A DNA stretch of 64,000 bases from Syntrophales bacterium (GTDB lineage: Bacteria; Desulfobacterota; Syntrophia; Syntrophales; UBA4778), in the NCBI GenBank assembly GCA_041946925.1, contig JBHGBI010000007.1:2900-66899 (forward strand). The letters are read 5' to 3'. Position 1 is the first letter of the stretch. The number at the start of each line of letters is the position of its first letter. Positions 1 to 11,400 of this stretch are shown here, piece by piece. The position numbers and the translations under genes were made by a program. The notes beneath the pieces were generated by a model. The model saw only the letters and a list, made by a program, of their open reading frames with translations. It ran no database searches and was not told where the DNA came from.

Positions 1-302
1 AATTAAGGGAGCTTACGGTTGATGAGATAATTAAAGCTGTCGCGGGAAAATTCAGTATTAAAATAAGCGATCTTAAGTCTGAAAAGAAAAACAAGAATCT
101 TGTCATGCCGAGGCAGATCACAATGTATCTGTCAAGAAAGCTTACAGGAGAATCGTTCCCGGATATCGGTATGAAAATCGGGGGAAAAGATCATTCGACA
201 GTTATTTACGCCCATAATAAAATTAAGAAAATGATCAATGAAGATGCAAAATTCAAAAAACTTGTGGATGAAATAGAGGAACTCCTGATAAAGAGCGGTT
301 AA
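1..302 (+). CDS. dnaA: Chromosomal replication initiator DnaA, C-terminal fragment (5' end upstream of window)
   Basis: The frame is open from base 3 to TAA at 300-302. The translation (...LRELTVDEIIKAVAGKFSIKISDLKSEKKNKNLVMPRQITMYLSRKLTGESFPDIGMKIGGKDHSTVIYAHNKIKK...) carries the DnaA domain IV pattern (RQI.MYL, G..GG.DHSTV). The synteny dnaA-dnaN-gyrB supports the call. Confidence 0.9.
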   Translation, partial: LRELTVDEIIKAVAGKFSIKISDLKSEKKNKNLVMPRQITMYLSRKLTGESFPDIGMKIGGKDHSTVIYAHNKIKKMINEDAKFKKLVDEIEELLIKSG

Positions 303-442
303 CTTTCCCTTCGTAAAGTTATCAACACCATATTGATTGCAATTAATACTTTTTTCTTAGGAAAAATTTCTTATTCACAATTTCAACAGGTACTACTACT
401 AACACTAATTTTTAAATATTAAAATTAGGAATAGGTATAAAA
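303..442. promoter_or_regulatory. AT-rich dnaA-dnaN spacer with two DnaA-box-like 9-mers (candidate oriC segment / dnaN promoter)
   Basis: TTATCAACA at 319-327 and TTATTCACA at 371-379 each differ from the TTATCCACA consensus at one position. The 140 bp are visibly AT-rich, with long A/T runs at 400-442. Confidence 0.35.
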
Positions 443-1561
443 ATGGAATTCAGGATTAAAAGAGATGTCTTGTTGGAAGGAGTTCAGAGAACACTTGGTA
501 TCGTCGAGAAAAGGACAACCATGCCTATACTGAACAATATCTTAATACGCGCGGGAGCGGACAAAATCAGGATTATCGCGACCAACCGGGAAATAGGACT
601 TATTGCTGACTACGAGGCAGGGGTCAAGGCGCCAGGGGAAATAACTCTTTCCGCGAGAAAACTCTATGAAATGATAAGGGAAGTCCCTGGAGAAGATATC
701 CATTTCGAAATGAATGACGCGAACTGGATAACCCTGACCAGCGGAAAAATGCGTTATAGGATTCCCGGTGTTTCCGCGGACGACTTCCCCAAAGTCGACG
801 ACGATGATAATGTTATCTATTTCAAGGTGAACGGCGGGATCATTCGAGATATGATTAATAAGACGTTTTTCGCCATGTCAACAGAAGAGATGCGGGTTAA
901 TTTGAACGGCGCCCTGTTTGAGACGGAGCAGGAAGGAGATCAGTATCGGATAAAGATGGTAGCTACGGACGGCTACCGCCTCTCTCTCGCGAGTGCGGAT
1001 ATCGGGATCAGTGAGTTCCTGCACCTCGAGAAAGGAATCATCCTTCCGAGAAAGGGAATTTCTGAGATCAGGAAGATAATAGAAGCGGACGATCACGACG
1101 TTGAGATCGGCGCAAAAAAAGGACAGTGCCTTATAAAAAAGGAAAACGTCCTCCTGAAAGTGAACCTGATCGATTCTGAATATCCGGATTACAGGAAGGT
1201 CATCTCCATGGACAGGGAAATATCCGTTGAATTGGACAGGGAGTTATTTCTGCAGTCACTAAGGAGAATGGGGGTGATATCGAGTGAGAAGTACAGCGGT
1301 GTGGTGATCAAGCTTTCCAATAACAAAATGCTTTTGAATTCCACGAACCCCGATATTGGTGAGGCAAGCGACGAAATGGATATTTCGTACAGCGACAAGG
1401 AAATAGAAGTCGCTTACAATGTGAAATACCTGCTGGATGCAATCGAGGCGATCGACGACAAAAAAATCATATTTGAGATAAGAGAGGGACTACGGCCGGG
1501 CACGATCAGGCCGGCCGGGTCGGACGGATATCAGTGCGTGATTGTCGCGCTGAAAGTTTAG
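443..1561 (+). CDS. dnaN: DNA polymerase III beta sliding clamp
   Basis: 372 aa. The N-terminus (MEFRIKRDVLLEGVQRTLGIVEKRTTMPILNNILI) and the overall three-domain length are typical of DnaN. It sits directly after dnaA. Confidence 0.95.
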   Translation: MEFRIKRDVLLEGVQRTLGIVEKRTTMPILNNILIRAGADKIRIIATNREIGLIADYEAGVKAPGEITLSARKLYEMIREVPGEDIHFEMNDANWITLTSGKMRYRIPGVSADDFPKVDDDDNVIYFKVNGGIIRDMINKTFFAMSTEEMRVNLNGALFETEQEGDQYRIKMVATDGYRLSLASADIGISEFLHLEKGIILPRKGISEIRKIIEADDHDVEIGAKKGQCLIKKENVLLKVNLIDSEYPDYRKVISMDREISVELDRELFLQSLRRMGVISSEKYSGVVIKLSNNKMLLNSTNPDIGEASDEMDISYSDKEIEVAYNVKYLLDAIEAIDDKKIIFEIREGLRPGTIRPAGSDGYQCVIVALKV

Positions 1562-1596
1562 CGTCTTCACTTCTTACTTTTTACGAATTTATTTAA

Positions 1597-4038
<2,442 letters not shown>

Positions 4039-4075
4039 GAGAAAATCCTGAATCCCAAGCACCAATTTAAGCGAC

Positions 4076-4255
4076 ATGGATAAAATTGTTAAAAGAGGCA
4101 GGTTGGCGGATTTTGACGAAATAAGGGAGAACCGGGCCTTCTGGTTGTCCAAAACTCCCGGGGAACGAGTAGCCGCAGTAGATGCTTTAAGGAAACAACT
4201 GCATGGAAGTTCAACGGGACTTCGAAGATCTGTTCGCGTTATTAAACGCGCATAA
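4076..4255 (+). CDS. Small conserved-looking protein (59 aa) upstream of and overlapping the nucleotidyltransferase gene; below the ORF-track cutoff
   Basis: ATG at 4076, TAA at 4253-4255. Hand translation: MDKIVKRGRLADFDEIRENRAFWLSKTPGERVAAVDALRKQLHGSSTGLRRSVRVIKRA. It overlaps the next gene by 53 nt in a different frame. From memory, this kind of small protein (F..EA....FW.S.TP.ER......LR) commonly precedes this nucleotidyltransferase family. Confidence 0.4.
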   Translation: MDKIVKRGRLADFDEIRENRAFWLSKTPGERVAAVDALRKQLHGSSTGLRRSVRVIKRA

Positions 4256-4652
4256 GGTCGATTACATCATAATCGGGGCCTACGCCTTAGCATATCACGG
4301 GGCTCCCAGGTACACAGGAGATATAGACATCCTGGTACGACCCGATGAGAAGAATGCCGGTAGAATTCTCGATGCGCTCAAAGAATTCGGGTTTGATTCT
4401 CTTGGCTTAAGTCCTGATGATTTTTCGATCCCGGGACAAGTGGTGCAACTTGGTACGGCACCTGTTCGTGTCGACATTGTCACCTCCATTACGGGAGTAC
4501 CCTGGGAAGAGGCATACAAGGGCAGGGCGGAGGGACCTTACGGAAAAATAAAAGTATATTATTTAGGAAAAGACCAGTTCATATCTAACAAGAGAGCTCT
4601 CGGGCGAAAAAAAGACATGGCAGACCTGGAGGCTCTGGGAGTCCTTGAATGA
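4203..4652 (+). CDS. Nucleotidyltransferase-fold protein (minimal NTase, DUF-type)
   Basis: 149 aa. The segment IIIGAYALAYHGAPRYTGDIDILV fits the pol-beta-type NTase pattern (hG[GS]...D.D). There is no other domain. Confidence 0.7.
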   Translation: MEVQRDFEDLFALLNAHKVDYIIIGAYALAYHGAPRYTGDIDILVRPDEKNAGRILDALKEFGFDSLGLSPDDFSIPGQVVQLGTAPVRVDIVTSITGVPWEEAYKGRAEGPYGKIKVYYLGKDQFISNKRALGRKKDMADLEALGVLE

Positions 4653-4683
4653 GGGCTCGGCTGCAGCCGGATACGCGTCCGAT

Positions 4684-5334
4684 TCATTCGGGCGTGATGG
4701 TGAATCCGTACTCGGCGCATCCCGGTGAATGGTGGACCAGGTATTTGCCAAAAAAATTGACTATATATATCCTGCCGAAATCCCTGTACCCCGTACGGTA
4801 GACGGCGTGCAGATTTCTTAAATTGTTTTCCTCTACATAGGCAACGAATCCCTTGAAACCCCTTTGCAGAAATTCGTAAAGGGCCCTTGTACTCCTGATA
4901 ACCCCCAGCCGCCGACCGCGGTAAGCTGGGTGGGTATAGCCGTGATACACATATATATATCGTGGATCGTATTTTACTTGAAGTCCGTTGCCAAGGGTCG
5001 TAGGCAAGTTGGAGAACCACGAATAGGACGCAAGGAAATCTCCGTCGAGTATCCCGTAGCATTGGTCGCCTTTCTTTAAATTGGCGCGAACCAGGCTCGT
5101 GGGCAGGGCTAATTTTTTTATTCCGGAAAAGAACAGAAGTTCATCAGCATTCAGAAATCTGCATGTGTATCCATCTGCTGGATTCAGATAGTCGGGGTTA
5201 ATCTTATTGTTTGTTATGCAGCGCAGAATTTTGAAATAGACTACAGTATTAATGCCTCTCAGGGCCGCATCCTTCATTACATTCGCTATCCCGAAATATT
5301 GTATTTCCTTCTTGACGGAATCTGCGAACCCCAT
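4684..5334 (-). CDS. GNAT-family N-acetyltransferase (putative)
   Basis: 216 aa. The C-terminal half has a GNAT-like acetyl-CoA motif (HPAYRGRRLGVIRSTRALYEFLQRGFKGFVAYVEENNLRNL). The region is noticeably more AT-rich than its neighbours. Confidence 0.6.
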   Translation of the reverse strand: MGFADSVKKEIQYFGIANVMKDAALRGINTVVYFKILRCITNNKINPDYLNPADGYTCRFLNADELLFFSGIKKLALPTSLVRANLKKGDQCYGILDGDFLASYSWFSNLPTTLGNGLQVKYDPRYIYVYHGYTHPAYRGRRLGVIRSTRALYEFLQRGFKGFVAYVEENNLRNLHAVYRTGYRDFGRIYIVNFFGKYLVHHSPGCAEYGFTITPE

Positions 5335-5668
5335 GTCTCAATTCCTTTCTTAATGACGTTTTTCTTATTCTGAAAAGGGGTGAGCAATTTTTGCGCCACA
5401 GGCTGGTTAGCGATGAATAAAAAACAGGAAGAGGATAGGTTCGTTTTTCCTATGATTTCCGATACCTACGAGCAGAGGCTCAGGAATTGCGCCAAATCTC
5501 GCCAATATCCAGCAGGAGTGTACAATACAATCAACAAATTATGTTGGCAGAGGCATGGCTGTTCCAAAAAAGATCGGAGTTTCTCTGAAGAGCGACAACC
5601 GGTATACTTGCGCTGGGTAGTGCAAAACTGCTATTTTTAAAAAAATATTTCAGGAGGATGAACCGTAA

Positions 5669-6037
5669 ATGATCAAGATCAAACGTGTGTATGATAAGCC
5701 GGAGTCGTCGGACGGCGCCAGGATACTGGTCGACCGCCTGTGGCCGCGCGGATTGTCCAAAGAAACGGCCCGGATTGCTTACTGGGCAAAAGACATTTCG
5801 CCTTCGCCGGAACTTCGTAAATGGTATAGACATGACCCGGAGAAATGGGGCGAGTTCAGGAAAAGATATCATGCGGAGCTGGACGGAAACCCGGAAGGGA
5901 TAACAAAACTTCGGGCTTATACAGAGAAAGAAGATGTCACATTTGTTTACAGCTCGAAGGAACAGAAAATCAATAACGCGGTAGCGTTGAAAGAATATAT
6001 GGAAACGCTTGACCGGCAGCGCAGAAAAAAGTTCTGA
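5669..6037 (+). CDS. DUF488 (YeaO-like) family protein
   Basis: 122 aa. IKIKRVYDKPESSDGARILVDRLWPRGLSKE...SPELRKWY closely parallels E. coli YeaO (KRVYD....DGYRILVDRLWPRG). A good SD (CAGGAGGA) lies upstream. Confidence 0.85.
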   Translation: MIKIKRVYDKPESSDGARILVDRLWPRGLSKETARIAYWAKDISPSPELRKWYRHDPEKWGEFRKRYHAELDGNPEGITKLRAYTEKEDVTFVYSSKEQKINNAVALKEYMETLDRQRRKKF

Positions 6038-6569
6038 GTTCAGATAGAGATGGCCATGTAATCATTTTTGACGCGCATGCCATTAAAATGGCATTGGCTT
6101 GAGATAATCCCGCCGATTAGTCCGCTCACTGCCTATTAAAAACTCCTAATTCCTTGCAATTGTTGAGGTAATGCGAAGGCGGCATTCAAGGGAATATTCC
6201 TTCGGAATGGCATGATAAATGCTAATCCAAGGTGATTCTGCCGTCTATCGCTCACTCTGAAAGCGCAATCGACGATTCCGCCGATTGACAATAATATCTG
6301 CTGCTACGGACGATGGCACTAAAAGGATATTCAGAACTTCTGTCTTCTAAATCCTCGGAGATACCGGGAATTGAAACATATGGCCCCGGTGAATTCTTAT
6401 TTCCCCGCATTTCAACAAATTCCCCACGCCTCATAGAAAAAGAACAGAAACAATCGACTCCATCATCAGTCTACGAGATCTTTGAAAAGTGGGACCGGGA
6501 AAAGAGGAGGAATTTAACACGACATTGTGCACGGGGTTGAGACCATTTCCATCAGGAGGATTTTTTGTC

Positions 6570-9026
6570 GTGGACAGCAAGAGCACCGGAAAGAGAAAGG
6601 CACGGGAGAAACTTGTAGAAGAGCTGAAATCCTGCCGTCGTCGTGTGCAGGAACTGGAACAAGCGCTGGTGGAGCTGAAAGATGCCCGGCAAGTCCCGGG
6701 CAAGAGCGAAGAACGCTTACGCCGTGAAAAGGTGGAGGAGGAGCTTGTTCGGTCGGAAGAAGAATATCGCATCCTGGTGGAAACGATCAACGAGGTCATT
6801 TATGAAACAGACGAGAACGGCATAGTGACTTTTGTCAGTTCTTCTGCAACCGGTCTCAAGGGGTACGAGCCGTCGGATATTGTCGGCAGGCATATCACCG
6901 ATTTCGTCTACCATGAAGACATCCCGCGTTTGCTGGAGATGTATCAGAAGATACTGGTCGGTCCGATTCCGCCCAACGAATACCGGTTGATTCTCAAGTC
7001 GGGCGGGTTGCTCTGGGTGCAGGCCTCCAGCCGGGCGATTTTTGAAGGAGAGAGGTTCAAGGGGCTGCGGGGAACCCTTATGGACATTTCCGAACGTAAG
7101 CGGGCCGAGCGGGCGCAACGGGAGAGCGAGACGAAATACAGGGAACTGGTCGAGTTTCTGCCGATAGCGATCTTCGAGACCGATCTGCAGTGCAATGTGA
7201 CTTCCGCCAACCCCGCCGCCCTGGATATATTCGGGTATGGACAAGGCGATATAAGCCGGCGCCTCAATGGATTTCATATGGTCGTTTGCCAGAATCCGGG
7301 CAGGATCCCGGCGAAATTCGAGGAGGTGTTGAGGGGGGAAAGAACAGGCGGAGCGGAATGCATGGGAATCAGGAAAGACGGCAGTGTTTTCCCCGCCGTG
7401 ATTTACGCAAGCCGCATCATGCGCGGGGAAACCCCTGTGGGAGTGAGAGGGGCCGTCATTGACCTTACCGAGCGCAAGCGCGCGGAGGAGGCGGTGTGGG
7501 AGAGCGAAGAACGGTTCCGGCAGTTGGCGGACTCAACGTATGAGGGAATATTGATTCACGTGGAAGGTGAAATTCTGGATTTCAATCAATCCTTCTTAAG
7601 GATGGTCGGTTACGAGCCCCATGAAGCCATTGGAAAGAATGTGCTGGATTTCATTCCACCGCAATTCAGGCAATCCACTTTAAACATGATGCAGTCGCAG
7701 TATGAGAATTCTTTTGAGATATCGGTCAACAGAAAAGACGGGACGCTTATTTCAGTGGAAGTGCATGGAAGAAGGATTACGCACAGGGGCAGGCAGGTAG
7801 GGGTCATTGCACTTCATGACATCACCGAGCGCAAGCGCGCGGAAGAAGAGCATCAACAACTTGAGAAGCGGCTTCAGCAGGCCGAGAAAATGGAGGCGCT
7901 GGGGGCGCTGGCCGGAGGGGTGGCGCATGACTTGAACAACGTATTGGGCGTTCTTGTGGGATACTCGGAGCTTCTTTTGCTGTATCTTCAGGAAGGGGAC
8001 CCTTTGCGTGAATACGCGTTAAATATTCTACAGTCCGGCCGGAGAGGAGCCGCTATCATTCAGGACCTGCTGACGCTGGCCAGAAGAAGTGTGGCGGTTT
8101 CGGATGTGGTGAGCCTCAACTCGGTGGTTTTGGACTATCTCAATACGCCGGAGTTCGAGAAGCTGAAAATGTATCATCCCCATGTAACGATCAAGACCGA
8201 TCTCGAGAAAGACCTGTTGAATATAGAAGGATCTCCGGTTCATCTGGGCAAGACCGTGATGAACCTGGTGTCCAATGCCGCGGAATCCATCACGGACCAG
8301 GGCCAGGTAACAATCCGGACGGAGAACCGCTATCTCGACAGGCCAATCCGGGGCTATGATGACGTGAAGGAGGGTGATTATGTGGTTCTGACTGTTTCCG
8401 ACAACGGGCAGGGTATCTCGCCGGCCGACATTGGAAAGATATTCGAGCCTTTTTATACGAAAAAGGTCATGGGCAGGAGCGGAACAGGACTGGGATTGGC
8501 CGTGGTCTGGGGCACCGTGAAGGATCATGGCGGGTATATTGACGTGCAAAGCGAAGAAGGCAAAGGAAGCTCCTTTGCGCTCTATTTTCCGGCTACCAGG
8601 AAGCCGCTCGCCCGGGATAAAGAGGAGGTTTCTCCGGAGTTGTACAGGGGCTGCGGGGAATCGATCCTGGTGGTGGACGATGTGGAGGGGCAGAGGGAAC
8701 TCGCCGCGAGCATGCTGATGAGACTGGGCTACAGGGTCCATTCCGTCTCTAGCGGGGAAGAGGCCGTGGAATATTTAAAGATCAATAAAGTGGATCTGCT
8801 GGTGCTGGATATGATAATGGACCCGGGGATTGACGGTTTTGAAACATACCGGCAGGCAACTCAAATCAGGCCGGGGCAAAGAGCCGTGATTGTCAGTGGT
8901 TTTTCCGAGACGGAGAGGGTGAAGATGGCCCGGGATTTAGGTGCGGGGGCATATGTGCAAAAGCCTTATAGTCTGGAAAAAATCGGCATGGCCGTTCACG
9001 AGGAACTTCGCAAGAAGGGCTCCTGA
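6570..9026 (+). CDS. Hybrid sensor histidine kinase/response regulator with N-terminal coiled coil and three PAS domains
   Basis: The longest ORF starts at 6489. I prefer GTG 6570, which is preceded by AGGAGGA at a 9-nt spacing. There are three PAS-like repeats, each ending in ...DI(T/S)ERKRAE. These are followed by the H-box LAGGVAHDLNNVLGVL, an HATPase (DNGQGI...GTGLGLAVV) and a REC domain (ILVVDD...DLLVLDMIMDPGIDG...KP). Confidence 0.9.
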   Translation: MDSKSTGKRKAREKLVEELKSCRRRVQELEQALVELKDARQVPGKSEERLRREKVEEELVRSEEEYRILVETINEVIYETDENGIVTFVSSSATGLKGYEPSDIVGRHITDFVYHEDIPRLLEMYQKILVGPIPPNEYRLILKSGGLLWVQASSRAIFEGERFKGLRGTLMDISERKRAERAQRESETKYRELVEFLPIAIFETDLQCNVTSANPAALDIFGYGQGDISRRLNGFHMVVCQNPGRIPAKFEEVLRGERTGGAECMGIRKDGSVFPAVIYASRIMRGETPVGVRGAVIDLTERKRAEEAVWESEERFRQLADSTYEGILIHVEGEILDFNQSFLRMVGYEPHEAIGKNVLDFIPPQFRQSTLNMMQSQYENSFEISVNRKDGTLISVEVHGRRITHRGRQVGVIALHDITERKRAEEEHQQLEKRLQQAEKMEALGALAGGVAHDLNNVLGVLVGYSELLLLYLQEGDPLREYALNILQSGRRGAAIIQDLLTLARRSVAVSDVVSLNSVVLDYLNTPEFEKLKMYHPHVTIKTDLEKDLLNIEGSPVHLGKTVMNLVSNAAESITDQGQVTIRTENRYLDRPIRGYDDVKEGDYVVLTVSDNGQGISPADIGKIFEPFYTKKVMGRSGTGLGLAVVWGTVKDHGGYIDVQSEEGKGSSFALYFPATRKPLARDKEEVSPELYRGCGESILVVDDVEGQRELAASMLMRLGYRVHSVSSGEEAVEYLKINKVDLLVLDMIMDPGIDGFETYRQATQIRPGQRAVIVSGFSETERVKMARDLGAGAYVQKPYSLEKIGMAVHEELRKKGS

Positions 9027-9036
9027 TGCTTATGGA

Positions 9037-11397
9037 CTATCTTATGCAAACGCTGAGGACCTGCTTAAAGTCCGTCCAGCCCTTCACGACTTTCTGCACG
9101 CCATCCTGTAGCAGTGTACGCATTCCCTCCGATACGGCGGTCTCCCGGATCAGTTCCACCGGTTCGCGTTTCGCGATCATCCTTTTGATCCGATCCGATG
9201 TCACCAGCAGCTCGTGGATCGCCATTCTCCCGCGGTAACCGGTATTGTTACATGCATCGCATCCTCCGGGGCGGAAGAGCCGGAAATCATCGTTCATGGT
9301 GATATTAAGTTCAGAAAACAGGTGCTCACCGTAATAATGGATCATCCCTTCCAATTCTTCGGCGGAAGGGCGGTAGGGTACCTTACATTTACAGAGAGTC
9401 CGCACGAGGCGCTGCGCGAGGATGGCAAGGAGAGAATCAGCGAAATTGAAAGGATCGATACCCATATCAAGAAGTCTCACGATTGTTTCGGGTGCGCTGT
9501 TTGTGTGAAGCGTGCTCAGTACTAGATGGCCGGTCAGCGACGCCTCGACCGCGATCTTGGCCGTTTCGAAATCCCTCATCTCTCCCACCATGATGACATC
9601 CGGATCGGCCCGGAGAAAGGCGCGCATCGCATTGCTGAAATCGAATCCGATCTTGGGATTGACTTGAACCTGACGCAATCCTTCCTGAGTGATTTCCACA
9701 GGATCCTCGGCGGTCCAGATTTTCATGTCGGGCGTGTTGATATGGTTCAGGGTGCCGTGCAGGGTCGTGGTTTTTCCTGAACCCGTCGGACCTACGACAA
9801 GGATTATTCCATAAGGCTTCTCCAGTACTTTGAGGAATGCGGAATAATTATGCTGGGACATGTTCATCTCGTCCAGCTTCATGGCTTCGCCCTTCGCCAG
9901 GATGCGCATTACGACATCCTCCACATTGCCTTGCGTCGGAATAGTCGCAACACGCAACTCGATCTCGTGTCCTCCGGGCTTCCTGAATCTGATTTTTCCG
10001 TCCTGGGGAAGCCGGCGCTCGGTGATATCCAGGTTGGACATTATCTTCACCCGTGATACCACAGGGGCCCGATAGCTGAAGGGAACGGTTTGATAATGGA
10101 CACAGTCACCGTCGATGCGGAATCTTATATCCAATGTTTTTTTTCCGGTGTTCGGCTCAATGTGGATATCAGATGCCTTCCGCGCGTCTGCATCGATGAT
10201 GATCTTGTTGACGAGCTGGGTGATAACGCTGTCGGATTCCGACAGAAGCTCCTCGTCCTCCTCGTCTTCCTCGTAAACTTCCAGGCGGTCGAGCATATCC
10301 GAGATGGACTCCTCGCTTTCGCCCTCCCGGTAGAAGAGATCGATGTATCTTAAAATATCTTCTTTCAGAGCCACGCAATACTCGACAGACCTGATCTTCA
10401 GAAGGTTCTCTATCGTATCCCTTTTCAGTATGTTGTCGGGATCATCAACCAGAACTCTTGTTTTTCCGTTGACTTTTTCGAGAGGAATCCATAGCTCGCG
10501 CCGGAGGTACTCCCGTCGCAACTTTCTCAGAATATCGACGGGAGCAGGCCGGCGCTCGTTGAAAGAAATAAACGGGCAACCATAATATTCTTCCAATGAT
10601 TTGCCTATATCGTTCTTGGATATCCGGAATTTCTTCATCAGGTATTCTTCCACGGTCTGATTCGCCCTGTGTGCTTCAACCCAGGAAGCGTTCAGCTCCT
10701 GTTCCTTGATCAAGCCGTGGTCGAGAAGATAATCGAATCTTGTCTTTCGATTTTCCGCCGACTTTTGCTGATTGTAAAGGGCTATGCCCAGCGCCTCGGC
10801 GATTTCCTGGAGCAATACCGGCTCCTCATCCATGAATCTGCCGGGGCGGTCCTTCTTGTTTATGATCTCGAGGACACCCATCAATTCTCCGTTATGAATA
10901 ATGGGTGCGGCCATGACTTGTCTTGTTCGAATGCCCGTCTTTTTATCCGCCAGGACATTGTGACTCAGACCCCGGTGAATGCTTTCCAACTCCTCTTTAT
11001 TGTAAGCATCTGCGACATTGACCGCCTTTTTCGTATAAGCCACATGACCGGGAATGCTCCGGCTGTCGATGGCCAGTCTGATATCGCCCGCCTTTCCGCC
11101 TGAAGCGGCCGCAGTGTATATTTCTTTTTTCAGACGATCCGCGGCGTAGATGCGGACGACCTCGGTGTCAAACAGGCCGAGAATCTTGTCTTTTGCAAGT
11201 GTAAGGATCTGTCTGGTGTTCCGTGCGGAATGAATGGAACTGGTGATGTCCTGCAAGGCCCTTTGCAGGCGAAGAATCTCCTGCAATTCCGCTATCTGCT
11301 CATCTTGTTTTTGCATGTAATCGACCATGCCTTTGCCTTCGGATTGCTGTATTCCGAAACAGGTATCGGACCTGGATGTGAAGTGTCGGGCTTGCAA
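9037..11397 (-). CDS. GAF domain-containing PilB/GspE/MshE-family secretion ATPase
   Basis: 786 aa (TTG at 11397; alternative ATG at 11328).
- N-terminal coiled coil plus a GAF-like region (LTLAKDKILGLFDTEVVRIYAAD...GVLEIINKK).
- A T2SSE_N-like region (FDYLLDHGLIKEQELNASWVEA...YYGCPFISF).
- An ATPase core with Walker A (GPTGSGKTTTL), Asp box/Walker B (DPDVIMVGEMRD), His box (GHLVLSTLHTN) and a C-terminal Cys motif (CKCK...CDAC). Confidence 0.9.
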   Translation of the reverse strand: MQARHFTSRSDTCFGIQQSEGKGMVDYMQKQDEQIAELQEILRLQRALQDITSSIHSARNTRQILTLAKDKILGLFDTEVVRIYAADRLKKEIYTAAASGGKAGDIRLAIDSRSIPGHVAYTKKAVNVADAYNKEELESIHRGLSHNVLADKKTGIRTRQVMAAPIIHNGELMGVLEIINKKDRPGRFMDEEPVLLQEIAEALGIALYNQQKSAENRKTRFDYLLDHGLIKEQELNASWVEAHRANQTVEEYLMKKFRISKNDIGKSLEEYYGCPFISFNERRPAPVDILRKLRREYLRRELWIPLEKVNGKTRVLVDDPDNILKRDTIENLLKIRSVEYCVALKEDILRYIDLFYREGESEESISDMLDRLEVYEEDEEDEELLSESDSVITQLVNKIIIDADARKASDIHIEPNTGKKTLDIRFRIDGDCVHYQTVPFSYRAPVVSRVKIMSNLDITERRLPQDGKIRFRKPGGHEIELRVATIPTQGNVEDVVMRILAKGEAMKLDEMNMSQHNYSAFLKVLEKPYGIILVVGPTGSGKTTTLHGTLNHINTPDMKIWTAEDPVEITQEGLRQVQVNPKIGFDFSNAMRAFLRADPDVIMVGEMRDFETAKIAVEASLTGHLVLSTLHTNSAPETIVRLLDMGIDPFNFADSLLAILAQRLVRTLCKCKVPYRPSAEELEGMIHYYGEHLFSELNITMNDDFRLFRPGGCDACNNTGYRGRMAIHELLVTSDRIKRMIAKREPVELIRETAVSEGMRTLLQDGVQKVVKGWTDFKQVLSVCIR

Positions 11398-11400
11398 ATC

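Noticed and set aside
5380-5640. An 86-aa plus-strand ORF between the GNAT and DUF488 genes.
   Set aside because: It has a GTG start without a clear SD, no recognisable family, and composition unlike its neighbours. It is possibly real, but I cannot support it, so I did not list it as a feature.
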